Virus record (IMG/VR): IMGVR_UViG_3300037418_004082 | Origin: a virus | Length of the DNA stretch: 64,000 nucleotides | Reading direction: 5' to 3' (one strand) | The notes under the pieces: generated by a model | The model's input: only the letters and a program-made list of their open reading frames with translations | Database searches by the model: none | Told to the model about the DNA's origin: nothing | In this document: positions 44,660 to 54,259 of the stretch, one piece after another | Layout: each line of letters opens with the position of its first letter | Numbering within the stretch: the first letter of the stretch is position 1 | Program-made: the position numbers and the translations under genes

Positions 44660-45403
44660 ATGCGAGCGCCCACCCCGCAAGACCCGCTGGGGCCCGTGAA
44701 GCCTCTTCCTGCCCCCGCACACACCGTGGGAACGGTCGTGGACGTGCGAACCGTCATGGACGCGTACACGCGCCGTACGATCGTGCGCGACCTTATTCGG
44801 TACTGGTCGTCGGCCGGTGGTCGCGGTAAGCTCCGTGGCGGCCGTGGTAAAGAGTTGGTCCGTAACGCTCTATGGGTGGTCGATCACGCCACCGAAGCCA
44901 CCGTGGTCGGTGTGGCGCCCGTCTTCAACGCGACCATTGGCAACGCGGTCAACGAGTGCTACGTCGCCGGTGTACAAGGCGCGTCGTCACCTCTTGATTA
45001 TCGCTACTACATGTTGTTCAAGGCCACACGTGATGGCAACCATCTGGCCTACATCCACACAACACCTATCTTCCGTATTCACCCGTGGTATGGTCGTACA
45101 CCATCGAATTGGTCGTATCACTTCGCACGTGCATTGTACGACAAGCACGAGAAGAACATCGAGAAAGAGGTCACGTCACGTATTGTAGACCGTATGCTGG
45201 AAGATGCACGCGGTATGCAAGGGCCTGACCACCTCTCCGAAACCGAAAAGCTCGCGAAGCTGTACAAGATCAATTGGTTCCGCCCTACGACGCGAGACGA
45301 GGAGATCGCGTTCATCAACGCTATGTACGCTTGGTTGGAAACTCGCGGTCTCTTGCCCACGGACGAGCAAGAGCAACACGACAAGGAGTCCTTCGAATGC
45401 TAG
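44660..45403 (+). CDS. Hypothetical protein
   Basis: AGGAGG SD; lower-GC interior. Confidence 0.65.
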   Translation: MRAPTPQDPLGPVKPLPAPAHTVGTVVDVRTVMDAYTRRTIVRDLIRYWSSAGGRGKLRGGRGKELVRNALWVVDHATEATVVGVAPVFNATIGNAVNECYVAGVQGASSPLDYRYYMLFKATRDGNHLAYIHTTPIFRIHPWYGRTPSNWSYHFARALYDKHEKNIEKEVTSRIVDRMLEDARGMQGPDHLSETEKLAKLYKINWFRPTTRDEEIAFINAMYAWLETRGLLPTDEQEQHDKESFEC

Positions 45404-45735
45404 ACCTCGACGCTTGCAACCACTACCTCGCCGGCAAGATCGGCAACCCGGCCGTCTGGGAGAACCTCCGCAAGGCCCTGGAGGCCGCCCAGACGGAGCT
45501 GGACGACCTCACCAAGCTCCACCCCCACGGCTTCATCGTGCGGCCGGCGCCCCCGGCCAGCTCGTCCGAAGCGTGGGACCTCAAGAACCGCGCCGGCCAG
45601 TGGGTCGTCGAGACCCAGGCCAGCCTGTTCGGGTACTACCCGTCCCAGGACGCCGCGATGGTCGCGGCAAGCCAATCGGAAACCCTGTGTCCGCACAAGG
45701 TGAAACGCCTGCACTGCCGCACGTGTGGGCGCTAA
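45397..45735 (+). CDS. Hypothetical protein with terminal Cys/His cluster
   Basis: AAGGAG SD; CPHK...HCRTCG. Confidence 0.65.
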   Translation: MLDLDACNHYLAGKIGNPAVWENLRKALEAAQTELDDLTKLHPHGFIVRPAPPASSSEAWDLKNRAGQWVVETQASLFGYYPSQDAAMVAASQSETLCPHKVKRLHCRTCGR

Positions 45736-45746
45736 AAGGAGCACCC

Positions 45747-46100
45747 ATGGAACTCGAAGTTCAGACCATCACCCTGGAGTCCTCGCCCATACTGACGCAA
45801 CTGGGCGTGACCAACAACGTGCTTCACGACATCGCCAAGCCCATCTTGCTGAAGCGTGGCGTGGAGTTCAACGAACGTGGCGTCAGCATCGGCATCATCG
45901 ACGGCCTGACGCGCCAGTACCTCACGCGAAGCGGTCGCTTCGTCGAGATCACCTCCGACGGTACAGCCACGTATGTTGACGATAGTCGCGTCCAAATTGA
46001 CGCGGTTCGCGTCGGCATCAAGCTGGCCCTCGACAACGCCATCGACTCGCGCGAAACGACGCTGCGCAAGTTGAAGCGTGTTCGCAAGTCCGTCACTTAA
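45747..46100 (+). CDS. Hypothetical protein
   Basis: AAGGAG SD, MELEVQT. Confidence 0.65.
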   Translation: MELEVQTITLESSPILTQLGVTNNVLHDIAKPILLKRGVEFNERGVSIGIIDGLTRQYLTRSGRFVEITSDGTATYVDDSRVQIDAVRVGIKLALDNAIDSRETTLRKLKRVRKSVT

Positions 46101-46151
46101 CTCGTTTCGCATTTCTGATAGCCCCACACGTGGGGAAGGAGCATTCACACA

Positions 46152-46589
46152 ATGACCAAGTCGAATCTCTCGAAGGAAGCCGTGTTCGTCGCCATCGCCC
46201 AGGCGGGGCTGTTGAACGTCAACGACAACCCGACGCCCACCAAGTTCCTGGAGCTGTACGAGAACTTCGCGGAGCACTGCCGTGGTGGCAAGGCCCCGGT
46301 GACCTTCTGGGAGGCCCTCGTCATCGAGCCGACCACCACACAGGCCCTGTGCGACTGGACGGAAGAGTCGTTCGCGGAGTGGGGCCTCGTCGTACTGATG
46401 TGCGACGTCGCCATCCGCGCGTGCGGCCTGCGCGACAAGACGGTCCTCATGCTGGAGCTGCTCTCCGGCCATCCCCTGGTCTACAACAACCCCGTTATCT
46501 GCACGCTGTTCGCCGCCCTCGCGGAAGCGTACGACGTGCGCATCGTCCCCCGGGTGTACGCCAAGGGCGTCGCCCATCTGGCCGCGTAG
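46152..46589 (+). CDS. Hypothetical protein
   Basis: AAGGAG SD. Confidence 0.7.
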   Translation: MTKSNLSKEAVFVAIAQAGLLNVNDNPTPTKFLELYENFAEHCRGGKAPVTFWEALVIEPTTTQALCDWTEESFAEWGLVVLMCDVAIRACGLRDKTVLMLELLSGHPLVYNNPVICTLFAALAEAYDVRIVPRVYAKGVAHLAA

Positions 46590-46608
46590 CGGCAGGAGGT
46601 CCTTCACC

Positions 46609-47121
46609 ATGACCCAAGTGAAAGAACTGAAGAAGGCCATCAAGGCCAAGCTCGGTCCCATCTTCGCGACCATCGAGCCGGAGGTCGAGCGCCTCTGCGA
46701 GCTGGCCGACAAGCCCATCCCGGAGCCGTTCGACGGCAACGAGTTCGCGGAGCAGATGCGCGAGTTGCTGTTCACGCTGCCCGGCGTGAAGCGCCCGCGT
46801 GGCCCGCGGCCGGCGGAGCTGCGCGCCCAAGGCAAGCTGCCCGCGGCCACCGACGACAAGAAGGCGGCCAAGCAGCGGCAGGAGGCCGGCATCGGCGTGG
46901 AAGCCCAGACCCAGGATCAGGTGAACCAGGCCGTCATGTCCGGGCCGGGCTTCCGGGCCCAGGAGGTGGCCCCGGCTCCGGCCGACACCAAAAGCGAGAA
47001 GGCGTCGAAAGCCCAAGGCGGGTCCTCGCGTGGCAAGACCGGGCTGGAGTTCACGCCTGAAGTCGCTTCTGCCCTGGCAAAGAGAACCACGGCCGGAGCT
47101 GGTAAGGGCGGTCGGAAGTAG
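46609..47121 (+). CDS. Hypothetical basic protein
   Basis: AGGAGGT SD. Confidence 0.7.
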   Translation: MTQVKELKKAIKAKLGPIFATIEPEVERLCELADKPIPEPFDGNEFAEQMRELLFTLPGVKRPRGPRPAELRAQGKLPAATDDKKAAKQRQEAGIGVEAQTQDQVNQAVMSGPGFRAQEVAPAPADTKSEKASKAQGGSSRGKTGLEFTPEVASALAKRTTAGAGKGGRK

Positions 47122-47389
47122 GGAGCGCACGTGCGGAGAATGCAAGAACCTCTGCACGTCGCCCATCGCGCGTGAAGGTCTCAACGGTCACACGGCGGCC
47201 ACCATCGCCCTGACCGACGACGACAAGAGCTGCGCGGAGCTGGGGCAGAAGGCGGCCTTCGTGGCCTGCGCCGCCTTCGATCCCCTTCCCAAGGTCAAGC
47301 AGGCCACACCTTCTAAGGTTGGTACGCCAACCTCATCGCGGTCTTCACGGAGGAAACCGGTTCATGCACATGACCCGCGACGAGGCTAA
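47030..47389 (+). CDS. Possible Cys-rich protein, start uncertain
   Basis: TCGECKNLC...CAEL...CAAF fills the gap between neighbours; no clean start codon. Confidence 0.3.
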   Translation: MARPGWSSRLKSLLPWQREPRPELVRAVGSRERTCGECKNLCTSPIAREGLNGHTAATIALTDDDKSCAELGQKAAFVACAAFDPLPKVKQATPSKVGTPTSSRSSRRKPVHAHDPRRG

Positions 47390-47507
47390 AGCTTCATTCG
47401 TCATCGCCACGGTCATCACGAACCTCGTGGTGCACCTGACGTTGGCACTTAATCCCGCGTTGTCCGACGCGTCGTTGTTATCGCAGGGGATCGAACCCCC
47501 GAAGTAA
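47364..47507 (+). CDS. Small hydrophobic protein
   Basis: GGAGG SD, one TM-like segment. Confidence 0.45.
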   Translation: MHMTRDEAKASFVIATVITNLVVHLTLALNPALSDASLLSQGIEPPK

Positions 47508-47518
47508 AGGAGCCCATT

Positions 47519-47731
47519 GTGCACACGCACTCTCCTAACTGTCACTACAATCCGCGCTACTTCCAGTACATCAAGTCGATGAAAGCCGTGAAGGCTCACT
47601 CGATGATGGTGCGTCATACGTTCGTGCAGTTGACGCCGGGCGTGCTGGTTGACGCGGAGACACACAAACCGGTGGGACCGATGGACAAGGTCGAACTCAC
47701 GCACATCGCGATGCGCATGTCGTACTCGTAG
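47519..47731 (+). CDS. Hypothetical protein
   Basis: AAGGAG SD, GTG start. Confidence 0.55.
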   Translation: MHTHSPNCHYNPRYFQYIKSMKAVKAHSMMVRHTFVQLTPGVLVDAETHKPVGPMDKVELTHIAMRMSYS

Positions 47732-47872
47732 GCATTGACGTGAGGCCCACCGACAATACCCCTTACGTTCACGACGAGTTCGACTGCTACATCTCCTGCG
47801 AGGAGGTCTACGGCGACTCGCCGCTGGCGTACAACCGTGCCGCGCTAGATGCGGCAGAGGACCAACACGCCC

Positions 47873-48496
47873 ATGCCAAGAACGCCTAAGCCTTGCCGTT
47901 GGCTGGAAAAGAAGAAAGCCAGCTACCAGCGGAAGGGCCACACCGCCAAGGTTGTCACCGTCTGGCGTGACGGGGATGACCACCACGAGCTGTGGATCGA
48001 GCGCCACAAGCTGCAGGGTCCGTTGACGCTGCTTCCGCACGGCAAGCCCTACGGCGCGCCGTACTCGCGGCTCGTACCCACGGGGTTGGACTGGCCGGAC
48101 CTCCGGCAGAAGTTGTCCACGTCGGTGTGGGAACTCGACCCGCACAACCCCGGCGAGGTCTGCCGTCGTGTCGGCCTGGGTAACTGCTGGCCGTCGGGCA
48201 AGCACTACGCGTTCTGGACGTCGAACCAGACCAAGAACGACGTCGCTCGTGACGAGCGGTTCAACGAGACGCTCGATCACGAGGCGGAAGAAAACGGCCT
48301 GGGTATCGAGTGGAACGACGGGTATCCGTACGTGTTCGAGCAAAAGGACGTGAGCGACCTCGTGCCCGGCGACATGGTTGCCTACGGGCACGTCGTATGG
48401 ACGATCGTCCCGGAGTTTTGTGAAGACAACGATCACGACATCACGTCCGATAACTTCATCACGATGTACGCCCAGACGGAGCGGGAGGCCAGTTAA
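47873..48496 (+). CDS. Hypothetical protein
   Basis: GAGGA SD, MPRTPKPC. Confidence 0.65.
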   Translation: MPRTPKPCRWLEKKKASYQRKGHTAKVVTVWRDGDDHHELWIERHKLQGPLTLLPHGKPYGAPYSRLVPTGLDWPDLRQKLSTSVWELDPHNPGEVCRRVGLGNCWPSGKHYAFWTSNQTKNDVARDERFNETLDHEAEENGLGIEWNDGYPYVFEQKDVSDLVPGDMVAYGHVVWTIVPEFCEDNDHDITSDNFITMYAQTEREAS

Positions 48497-48580
48497 CGGC
48501 TAACCCACCGCGGGCACCACGAGACGTGCCCGCGTGGGCACGTCGTTTGCGTGCGTATGCGCACGAAGGAGGATGACACC

Positions 48581-49120
48581 TTGCCTCGTAAAGCTGCCGC
48601 GGCTGTTGCCGCTCCCGCCCCCGACACCGCCCTCGTGACGGCCGCTGTCACCCTCAAGCACAAGGCGTCGAGCCCTGCCAAGCTGATGCAGAACGTCTTC
48701 AAGACCTACCAGGAGTTGGTCTCCACCAAGCTCGCTCGCAAGCAGCTCCACGACCAGCTCATGGCGACGCCGCCGGGCCAGCAGCTCTCCGCCTACGACA
48801 CCCAGATCCAGGCGCTCACGGAGCAGCTCAAGGGCCTGCTCAAGGACACGCGGGGCGTCGTCGAGACCCCCTTCGGCAAGGTGGGTTACGAGATCCGCCG
48901 CAAGGTCACCTACACGCCCGGCCTGATTCGCAAGCTGCTGCCCGACTTCGCGAAGCAGCTCATCGGCGAGACCGTGGACACCAAAACGGTGGACGCGTTC
49001 GTGAAGGCCGGCATCAAGTCGAAGACCATGGACGAGTCGATCGCGGAGGACCTCGCCAACGAGGCCGACGTGGACGAGACCTCGGCGTGGATCGACAAGC
49101 CGCTCGCCGAAACCAAGTAG
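48581..49120 (+). CDS. Coiled-coil protein, weakly Gam-like
   Basis: GGAGG SD with TTG start; helix followed by VETPFGKVGYEIRRK. Confidence 0.55.
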   Translation: MPRKAAAAVAAPAPDTALVTAAVTLKHKASSPAKLMQNVFKTYQELVSTKLARKQLHDQLMATPPGQQLSAYDTQIQALTEQLKGLLKDTRGVVETPFGKVGYEIRRKVTYTPGLIRKLLPDFAKQLIGETVDTKTVDAFVKAGIKSKTMDESIAEDLANEADVDETSAWIDKPLAETK

Positions 49121-49132
49121 TTCCCCATCCCC

Positions 49133-49166
49133 GGGAGGCGGTACTGACGCCCGCCGCCTCCCTTTT
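49133..49166 (+). terminator. Terminator-like hairpin
   Basis: GGGAGGCGG-tactgacgcccg-CCGCCTCCC-TTTT. Confidence 0.6.
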
Positions 49167-49172
49167 AGAGGT

Positions 49173-50309
49173 ATGCCTCCAATGACCAAGACCATCGACC
49201 TTTCCGCCGGCCTGCCCAGCGTCCTCACGGACGACAACGTGCAGGTGCCCATCCTGGGCGTCATCATGACGTGGAGCCTGTCGAGCCTCGCCGTGCCACG
49301 GACCGACCTGATCAAGGCGTGGACCGACGCCGGCTTCGACGACAAGTACATCCCCAAGGAGATCCGCATGCGCAGCCGCGTGCTGCGGGTCCTCAAGGAG
49401 ATGGAGCTGAACGGCTTCGCCCGCCGCATCAAGGAGACGGTGGACGAAGCCGCCTGGGCGCTCGTCGCGGAGAAGATCGACCAGGCGAACCTGAACATCG
49501 ACTTCAACGTCGAGGACCGCCTGGTCTACAACAAGAAGGACAAGACCGTCACCGTGACGGACCCTGCCTTCCAGCCCACGGTGGACGCGCTGCTCGACCA
49601 GTTCGGCGATCGCTTCCTGACCAACGACATCCGCGGCATGGTACTCGACGCCGTGAAGGACGCGGGTGGCATCGCCTGGCGCGACAACGGCGGCGTCTAC
49701 TTCATCCCGGCGAGCCGGCTGTGGGTGGTGAACGCGCTGCAGAAGTTCCTGGACGCGTTCCCGAAGTCCGGCAGCTACGTGCGGCGCCTCAACCTGGTCA
49801 ACACGCCGGACGACCGCAAGGGGGTGCAGAGCGCCTTCAACGGCGACCTCGACAGCAACATCGCCCAGATCACCCGCAAGCTCGACGAGCTGGAGGGCAA
49901 GGTTCTCGTGGGCGGTGAGGTGCTGGTGCGCGTCGAGCCCAACGGCGAGGTGACGTTGCTGGGTCCGGTGGACGACCAGGACTTCGAGACCAAGGAGGTC
50001 GGCGCGCCCGACAAGCTCATCGTGACGATGGGCGGTGCGACGTTCGAGCTGATGGTGCTCAACCGTCTCGACCCCATGAAGGTCCAGGTGAGCAACGCGC
50101 CGCGTAAGGCCGTCGAGGGCACCTTCTTCGTGAAGCGCGAGGTGACGAGCGCCACGCGCATGTCTACCTGGCACAACCGCCAGAAGGAAGTGCTCGCCGA
50201 ACGGCAGAAGCTCGCGATGTACACGGACCTGCTGAAGTTCCGTGGCGACGTCTACGAGAAGAAGCTCGCGGAGATCGAAGACCGCATCAAGCAGAACCTG
50301 CTCGGCTAA
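49173..50309 (+). CDS. DUF6744-like protein
   Basis: WSL...IPKEIR...LTNDIRGMV...GGIAWRDNGGVYFIP...MYTDLL; upstream of an AAA/VWA pair. Confidence 0.6.
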   Translation: MPPMTKTIDLSAGLPSVLTDDNVQVPILGVIMTWSLSSLAVPRTDLIKAWTDAGFDDKYIPKEIRMRSRVLRVLKEMELNGFARRIKETVDEAAWALVAEKIDQANLNIDFNVEDRLVYNKKDKTVTVTDPAFQPTVDALLDQFGDRFLTNDIRGMVLDAVKDAGGIAWRDNGGVYFIPASRLWVVNALQKFLDAFPKSGSYVRRLNLVNTPDDRKGVQSAFNGDLDSNIAQITRKLDELEGKVLVGGEVLVRVEPNGEVTLLGPVDDQDFETKEVGAPDKLIVTMGGATFELMVLNRLDPMKVQVSNAPRKAVEGTFFVKREVTSATRMSTWHNRQKEVLAERQKLAMYTDLLKFRGDVYEKKLAEIEDRIKQNLLG

Positions 50310-50330
50310 CCCTTCTTTTACGTGAACCCC

Positions 50331-50361
50331 GCGAGCGGCAACGAAGCAATCGCTCGCTTTT
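50331..50361 (+). terminator. Terminator-like hairpin
   Basis: GCGAGCG...CGCTCGC-TTTT. Confidence 0.5.
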
Positions 50362-50378
50362 GAAAGGACTATACGAAC

Positions 50379-51569
50379 ATGACCCGTACCGCTTCCGCCC
50401 CCGCCCTCTCCCTGGCCGCCGTTTCCGGCAAGCTGCAGGCCATCCGCCAGGAGCTGAACGCCGTGTGCTTCGAGCGCGGCCCCGTCGTCAACGCCATCCT
50501 GCTCGCGCTCGTCGCGAAGCAGAACGTCATCCTGCTGGGGCCCCCGGGCACCGGCAAGTCGATGCTCGTGCGCGAGGTCGTCCGCCGCGTGACCAACACG
50601 CGCGACTTCGAGAAGATGCTCAACAAGTTCATCTCGCCCGAAGAGCTGTTCGGCCCCGTGTCGATGACCAAGCTCCAGCAGGACGTGTTCGAGCGCGTGA
50701 TCGACGGCTATTTGCCGGACGTGCACATCGCGTTCCTCGACGAGGTCGGCAAGTGCTCGACGGCGGCGCTGAACACGATGCTGGACGTGATGATCGACAA
50801 GGTCTTCCGCAACGGCAACCAGACCATCAACGTGCCGATGATGTCGGTCATCGGCGCCTCGAACGAGGTGCCGTCGGAGGAGGGCCTGCAGGCGCTGTGG
50901 GACCGCTTCCTGCTGCGCTTCGAGGTCAAGCGCCTGTCGCCCGCCGGCCGCTTCAAGATGATGCGCGCGGAGTGCGACGGCCTGTACAACCAGGCGCCCA
51001 CGGCCACGATGGACCTGCAGGAGCTGCAGTGGATCCAGGCGCAGCTCTACAACGTCGTCGTGTCCGACGACGTGCTGTCCGACCTGAACGCGCTGGTCGG
51101 CGAGCTGGACCAGGAAGGCGTATCGCCGACCGACCGCCGCGTCGCGTTGTGCACGCGGTTGGTGCGTGCCAGCGCGCTCATCAACGGCCGCATGGACGTG
51201 ACCGAAGACGACGTCGAGGTACTGCAGGACGTGCTGTGGGACAACCTGGAAGACATCCAGACGGCCCGCAAGTACGTCATCAAGCACTCGAACCCGCTGA
51301 AGAGCCGGGCCGTCGAGATCCTCGACTCCGTCAAGGCGACGCACGAGAAGGTGATGGACCTGGTGCGGCAGCACAACGGCGACGTCACGCACACCCAGCA
51401 GCAGACCATGGCCGACAACAGCGAGGTCATGAAGCTCAAGAAGGAGCTGCAGGAGTCCATCAAGCGCAACTCCGGCGCGCCCTGCCTGCAGGACTTGAAG
51501 GACATGCTGGACGACGTCGAGCGCCTGCAGAAGGAGTTCGTCGAAGCCGGCACCGGCCTCAAGATGTAA
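50379..51569 (+). CDS. MoxR-family (RavA-like) AAA+ ATPase
   Basis: Walker A GPPGTGKS, Walker B IAFLDE, AALNTML, GASNE, ALWDRF. Confidence 0.9.
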   Translation: MTRTASAPALSLAAVSGKLQAIRQELNAVCFERGPVVNAILLALVAKQNVILLGPPGTGKSMLVREVVRRVTNTRDFEKMLNKFISPEELFGPVSMTKLQQDVFERVIDGYLPDVHIAFLDEVGKCSTAALNTMLDVMIDKVFRNGNQTINVPMMSVIGASNEVPSEEGLQALWDRFLLRFEVKRLSPAGRFKMMRAECDGLYNQAPTATMDLQELQWIQAQLYNVVVSDDVLSDLNALVGELDQEGVSPTDRRVALCTRLVRASALINGRMDVTEDDVEVLQDVLWDNLEDIQTARKYVIKHSNPLKSRAVEILDSVKATHEKVMDLVRQHNGDVTHTQQQTMADNSEVMKLKKELQESIKRNSGAPCLQDLKDMLDDVERLQKEFVEAGTGLKM

Positions 51570-51575
51570 CGCCCC

Positions 51576-51605
51576 GGGCACGCGAGCGCCGTTGCTCGCG
51601 TGCCC
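51576..51605 (+). other. Perfect 12-bp intergenic hairpin
   Basis: GGGCACGCGAGC-gccgtt-GCTCGCGTGCCC between the AAA and VWA genes. Confidence 0.55.
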
Positions 51606-51623
51606 TCCCTTGGAGGCATCCCC

Positions 51624-53099
51624 ATGAACATCATACGCACCTCGCCCATGGACGTCGGCAACTGGTCCGTCGCCCTGGCGCAGAGCGTACCGCTCCAGAC
51701 GACGGTGACCCAGGGAGAACAGAAGTTCCCGGGTTTCCACGACCTGGTGGCGGACGTGTTCCAGGCGCTCTATCAGCCGGCTCCCGTCTTCGACAACCAG
51801 AAGACGATCACGCTGCACGAGTTCCTGCTACGCGACATCGTCTACACCCAGGAGTTCGCCAACCTGGCGCCGATCAGCCAGACCAACCTCATCAACAGCG
51901 CGGTCGCCGCCAACGTTCTCGCGGAGCAGATCCTGCAACGCATGAGCACGTCGATGGCCGACCGGTTGGCGGAGGAATGGCGCGCCTCCAACGCTCTGGC
52001 CCAGGCCGAAGCGGAGGTGGCGACCCTCCAGGCCGCGGTCGCCGCCAACCCGGGTGACCCCGCGTTGCAGCAGCAACTGGCCGAAGCCCAGGCCCGGCTG
52101 CAGGCCGCGTACGACGAGCTGACCGCGCAGCTCCCCATCGAGACCCTGCAAGGCGACACCGATAAGATGCGCAACACGGCGCGCCAGGCGTCGGCGCAGG
52201 CCATCACCGCGGTCAACGAGCTGATCGAGCTGGAGACCGTCTTCGGCACCGATCGCGCGGCCAGCCTGCAGACGAAGCTGCACCTGCAGCAGAAGATCCG
52301 CGGCAACCGCAAGATGCAGATGCTCGCGGCCTTGGCGGGCCGTATGCGCCGCATCGCGCTCGCCAAGAAGAACTCGGTCGTTCGGCACTTCAAGCAGGAG
52401 ATCATGGGCGTCACGGTGGGCAAGGACCTGGCCCACGTGGTGCCCGCGGAGCTGGGCTTGTTGGGCAACCCCACCACCAAGCCGCTCTTCCTCAAGAAGT
52501 TCCACGAGGGCCAGCTCATGGTCTACGACCAGAAGGGCGAGGAGAAGCTGGGCCAAGGGCCGATGGTCCTCCTCGTGGACTCCACGGGCTCGATGCGGGG
52601 CGAGCCGGAGGTGTGGAGCAAGGCCGTCGTGCTGGGCTTCCTCGCCATCGCGGAGTCGGAGAAGCGCGACGTGTTCGTCGCGGCCTTTGGCTCGTCAGGC
52701 GACGACCTCGTGACGTGGTCGTTCCTCTACAAGAGCGACCCGCGCAGCGTCAAGTCGTCGGACATCCTGGGTTTCGCGGAATACTTCATGGACGCGAGCG
52801 GCACCGATCTGGAGAAGCCGCTGCTCTGGGCCGCGAAGTTCATCGCCAAGCCCGACAAGCCGCAGAACGCGGCCGACGTCGTGATGTTGACCGACGGCGA
52901 GAGCCGTTTCAGCGGCCGGTTCCTGCAGCAATGGAAGACCCTGCAGGAAGCCACCGGGTTCCATTCGTTCGGCGTGATGATCGGCACGTCAAGCGGTATG
53001 GCAACCCTTCGTCAAGCCATCCAAAACGTCGTGTACGTGACCGACCTGACCCAGGACGGTGACGTGACCGACGTGCTATTCAAAGGAGTCGTACACTAA
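51624..53099 (+). CDS. VWA-domain protein (ViaA-like)
   Basis: MIDAS DSTGSM, GTDLEKPL, MLTDG; EIMGVTVGKDLAHVVPAEL. Confidence 0.85.
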   Translation: MNIIRTSPMDVGNWSVALAQSVPLQTTVTQGEQKFPGFHDLVADVFQALYQPAPVFDNQKTITLHEFLLRDIVYTQEFANLAPISQTNLINSAVAANVLAEQILQRMSTSMADRLAEEWRASNALAQAEAEVATLQAAVAANPGDPALQQQLAEAQARLQAAYDELTAQLPIETLQGDTDKMRNTARQASAQAITAVNELIELETVFGTDRAASLQTKLHLQQKIRGNRKMQMLAALAGRMRRIALAKKNSVVRHFKQEIMGVTVGKDLAHVVPAELGLLGNPTTKPLFLKKFHEGQLMVYDQKGEEKLGQGPMVLLVDSTGSMRGEPEVWSKAVVLGFLAIAESEKRDVFVAAFGSSGDDLVTWSFLYKSDPRSVKSSDILGFAEYFMDASGTDLEKPLLWAAKFIAKPDKPQNAADVVMLTDGESRFSGRFLQQWKTLQEATGFHSFGVMIGTSSGMATLRQAIQNVVYVTDLTQDGDVTDVLFKGVVH

Positions 53100-53353
53100 T
53101 GGGACGTCGCTTTACGGCCGCCACGGCCAAGGAGATCGTGAACACGATCGAGAATAACGCCACCGACCTGCGCGAGTGGACGGAAACGGCCGCGGAACTC
53201 GCCGACGCGGTCGATGACGCCAAGGACCAGGCCAAACTCCCCAGCCAGTTGACGGAGGAGGAGAAGGAGTTCCTCGTCAACGACAGCGACGACTTCACCA
53301 TCATCCCCACGGCACTGTGGTCGAAGATCACCGACCGCGCGAGCGAGCTGTAG
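53099..53353 (+). CDS. Hypothetical acidic protein
   Basis: AAGGAG SD, TAATG coupling. Confidence 0.65.
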   Translation: MGRRFTAATAKEIVNTIENNATDLREWTETAAELADAVDDAKDQAKLPSQLTEEEKEFLVNDSDDFTIIPTALWSKITDRASEL

Positions 53354-53355
53354 CC

Positions 53356-53517
53356 ATGCACGAAGCTCTGCCTGGCTACGATGCCTGGAAGCTCGCGTCG
53401 CCTCCCGAAGACCCCCGTCGCTTCCGCGAGGATGACAACGAGGTGGAAGAGGAGATCGACGAGCTGGACGACGGTGACGCGTCGTTCGACCAGGAGCGCG
53501 ACGATGCCGCTGTATGA
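53356..53517 (+). CDS. Small acidic protein
   Basis: MHEALPGYDAWKLASPP. Confidence 0.55.
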   Translation: MHEALPGYDAWKLASPPEDPRRFREDDNEVEEEIDELDDGDASFDQERDDAAV

Positions 53518-53710
53518 CGACGCGGCCGATGTTCCGCCGCCCGATCAAAAGCTGATCGACGCGCTGAACACGGCCCTGGCGCACATCGAAGGCCGTCGCC
53601 ACATCTTCTCGACCCGGGACCCCAAGACCGTCGCCGGCATCCTGCGGCAGGCCCTGGGTGACCGCGTGAACGAAGACCGCGGCAAGGACTTCGGCCCTCC
53701 CACCCCTTAA
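53504..53710 (+). CDS. Hypothetical protein
   Basis: AGGAG SD, MPLYDD. Confidence 0.55.
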   Translation: MPLYDDAADVPPPDQKLIDALNTALAHIEGRRHIFSTRDPKTVAGILRQALGDRVNEDRGKDFGPPTP

Positions 53711-53718
53711 CCCCACCC

Positions 53719-53750
53719 GGCGCGGTACAGACGACTGCCGCGCCCCCTTT
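53719..53750 (+). terminator. Terminator-like hairpin
   Basis: GGCGCGG-tacagacgactg-CCGCGCC-cccTTT. Confidence 0.45.
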
Positions 53751-53768
53751 ACGAAAGGCTGGTCCGCC

Positions 53769-54257
53769 ATGCCCACTACCACCCGCCTCACCAAGAAGGC
53801 CGCCCGCGAACGCCTGGACGAGTGCATCCAGGCCCCGGAGCCGCCGCGTACCCTGAACATCATCCAGCAGATGTTCCAGGCCATCCGGCAGCGCCCGGAG
53901 CTGCTGACGCACCACATCGCCGACTTCACCGTGATCGACACGGAGTTGATCAGCATGGCCCGCAAGGGCGATATGTTCGCCTGGTCCGTCCGTCCGTCGG
54001 GCACGCACCTGTTCTACCTGAACACCGATCGCGGCGCCCGCAACGCCATCGCGATGGCCCGGGAAGGCAAGTTCGGCACCGAAGACATCACGTGGTTCGT
54101 CATCAAAGTCACGTGGCGCAACGAAGCCAGTTCGGAGATCGTGACCGGTTGGCCGGAAGGCACCTTGAAGCCCGCGACGGCCAAGCAGGTGATCAGCCTG
54201 GCAGAGACCGTGCACCATCACAGCCGGGGCCGTGAGCACATCATCTGGGAGTCCTAG
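53769..54257 (+). CDS. Hypothetical protein
   Basis: Strong GC3 bias. Confidence 0.7.
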   Translation: MPTTTRLTKKAARERLDECIQAPEPPRTLNIIQQMFQAIRQRPELLTHHIADFTVIDTELISMARKGDMFAWSVRPSGTHLFYLNTDRGARNAIAMAREGKFGTEDITWFVIKVTWRNEASSEIVTGWPEGTLKPATAKQVISLAETVHHHSRGREHIIWES

Positions 54258-54259
54258 CG

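Noticed and set aside
47740-47889. 49-aa ORF starting MRPTDN as another tagged protein
   Set aside because: Lacks the aromatic-aliphatic pair and K-x-A, has a weak SD and lies in the early region.
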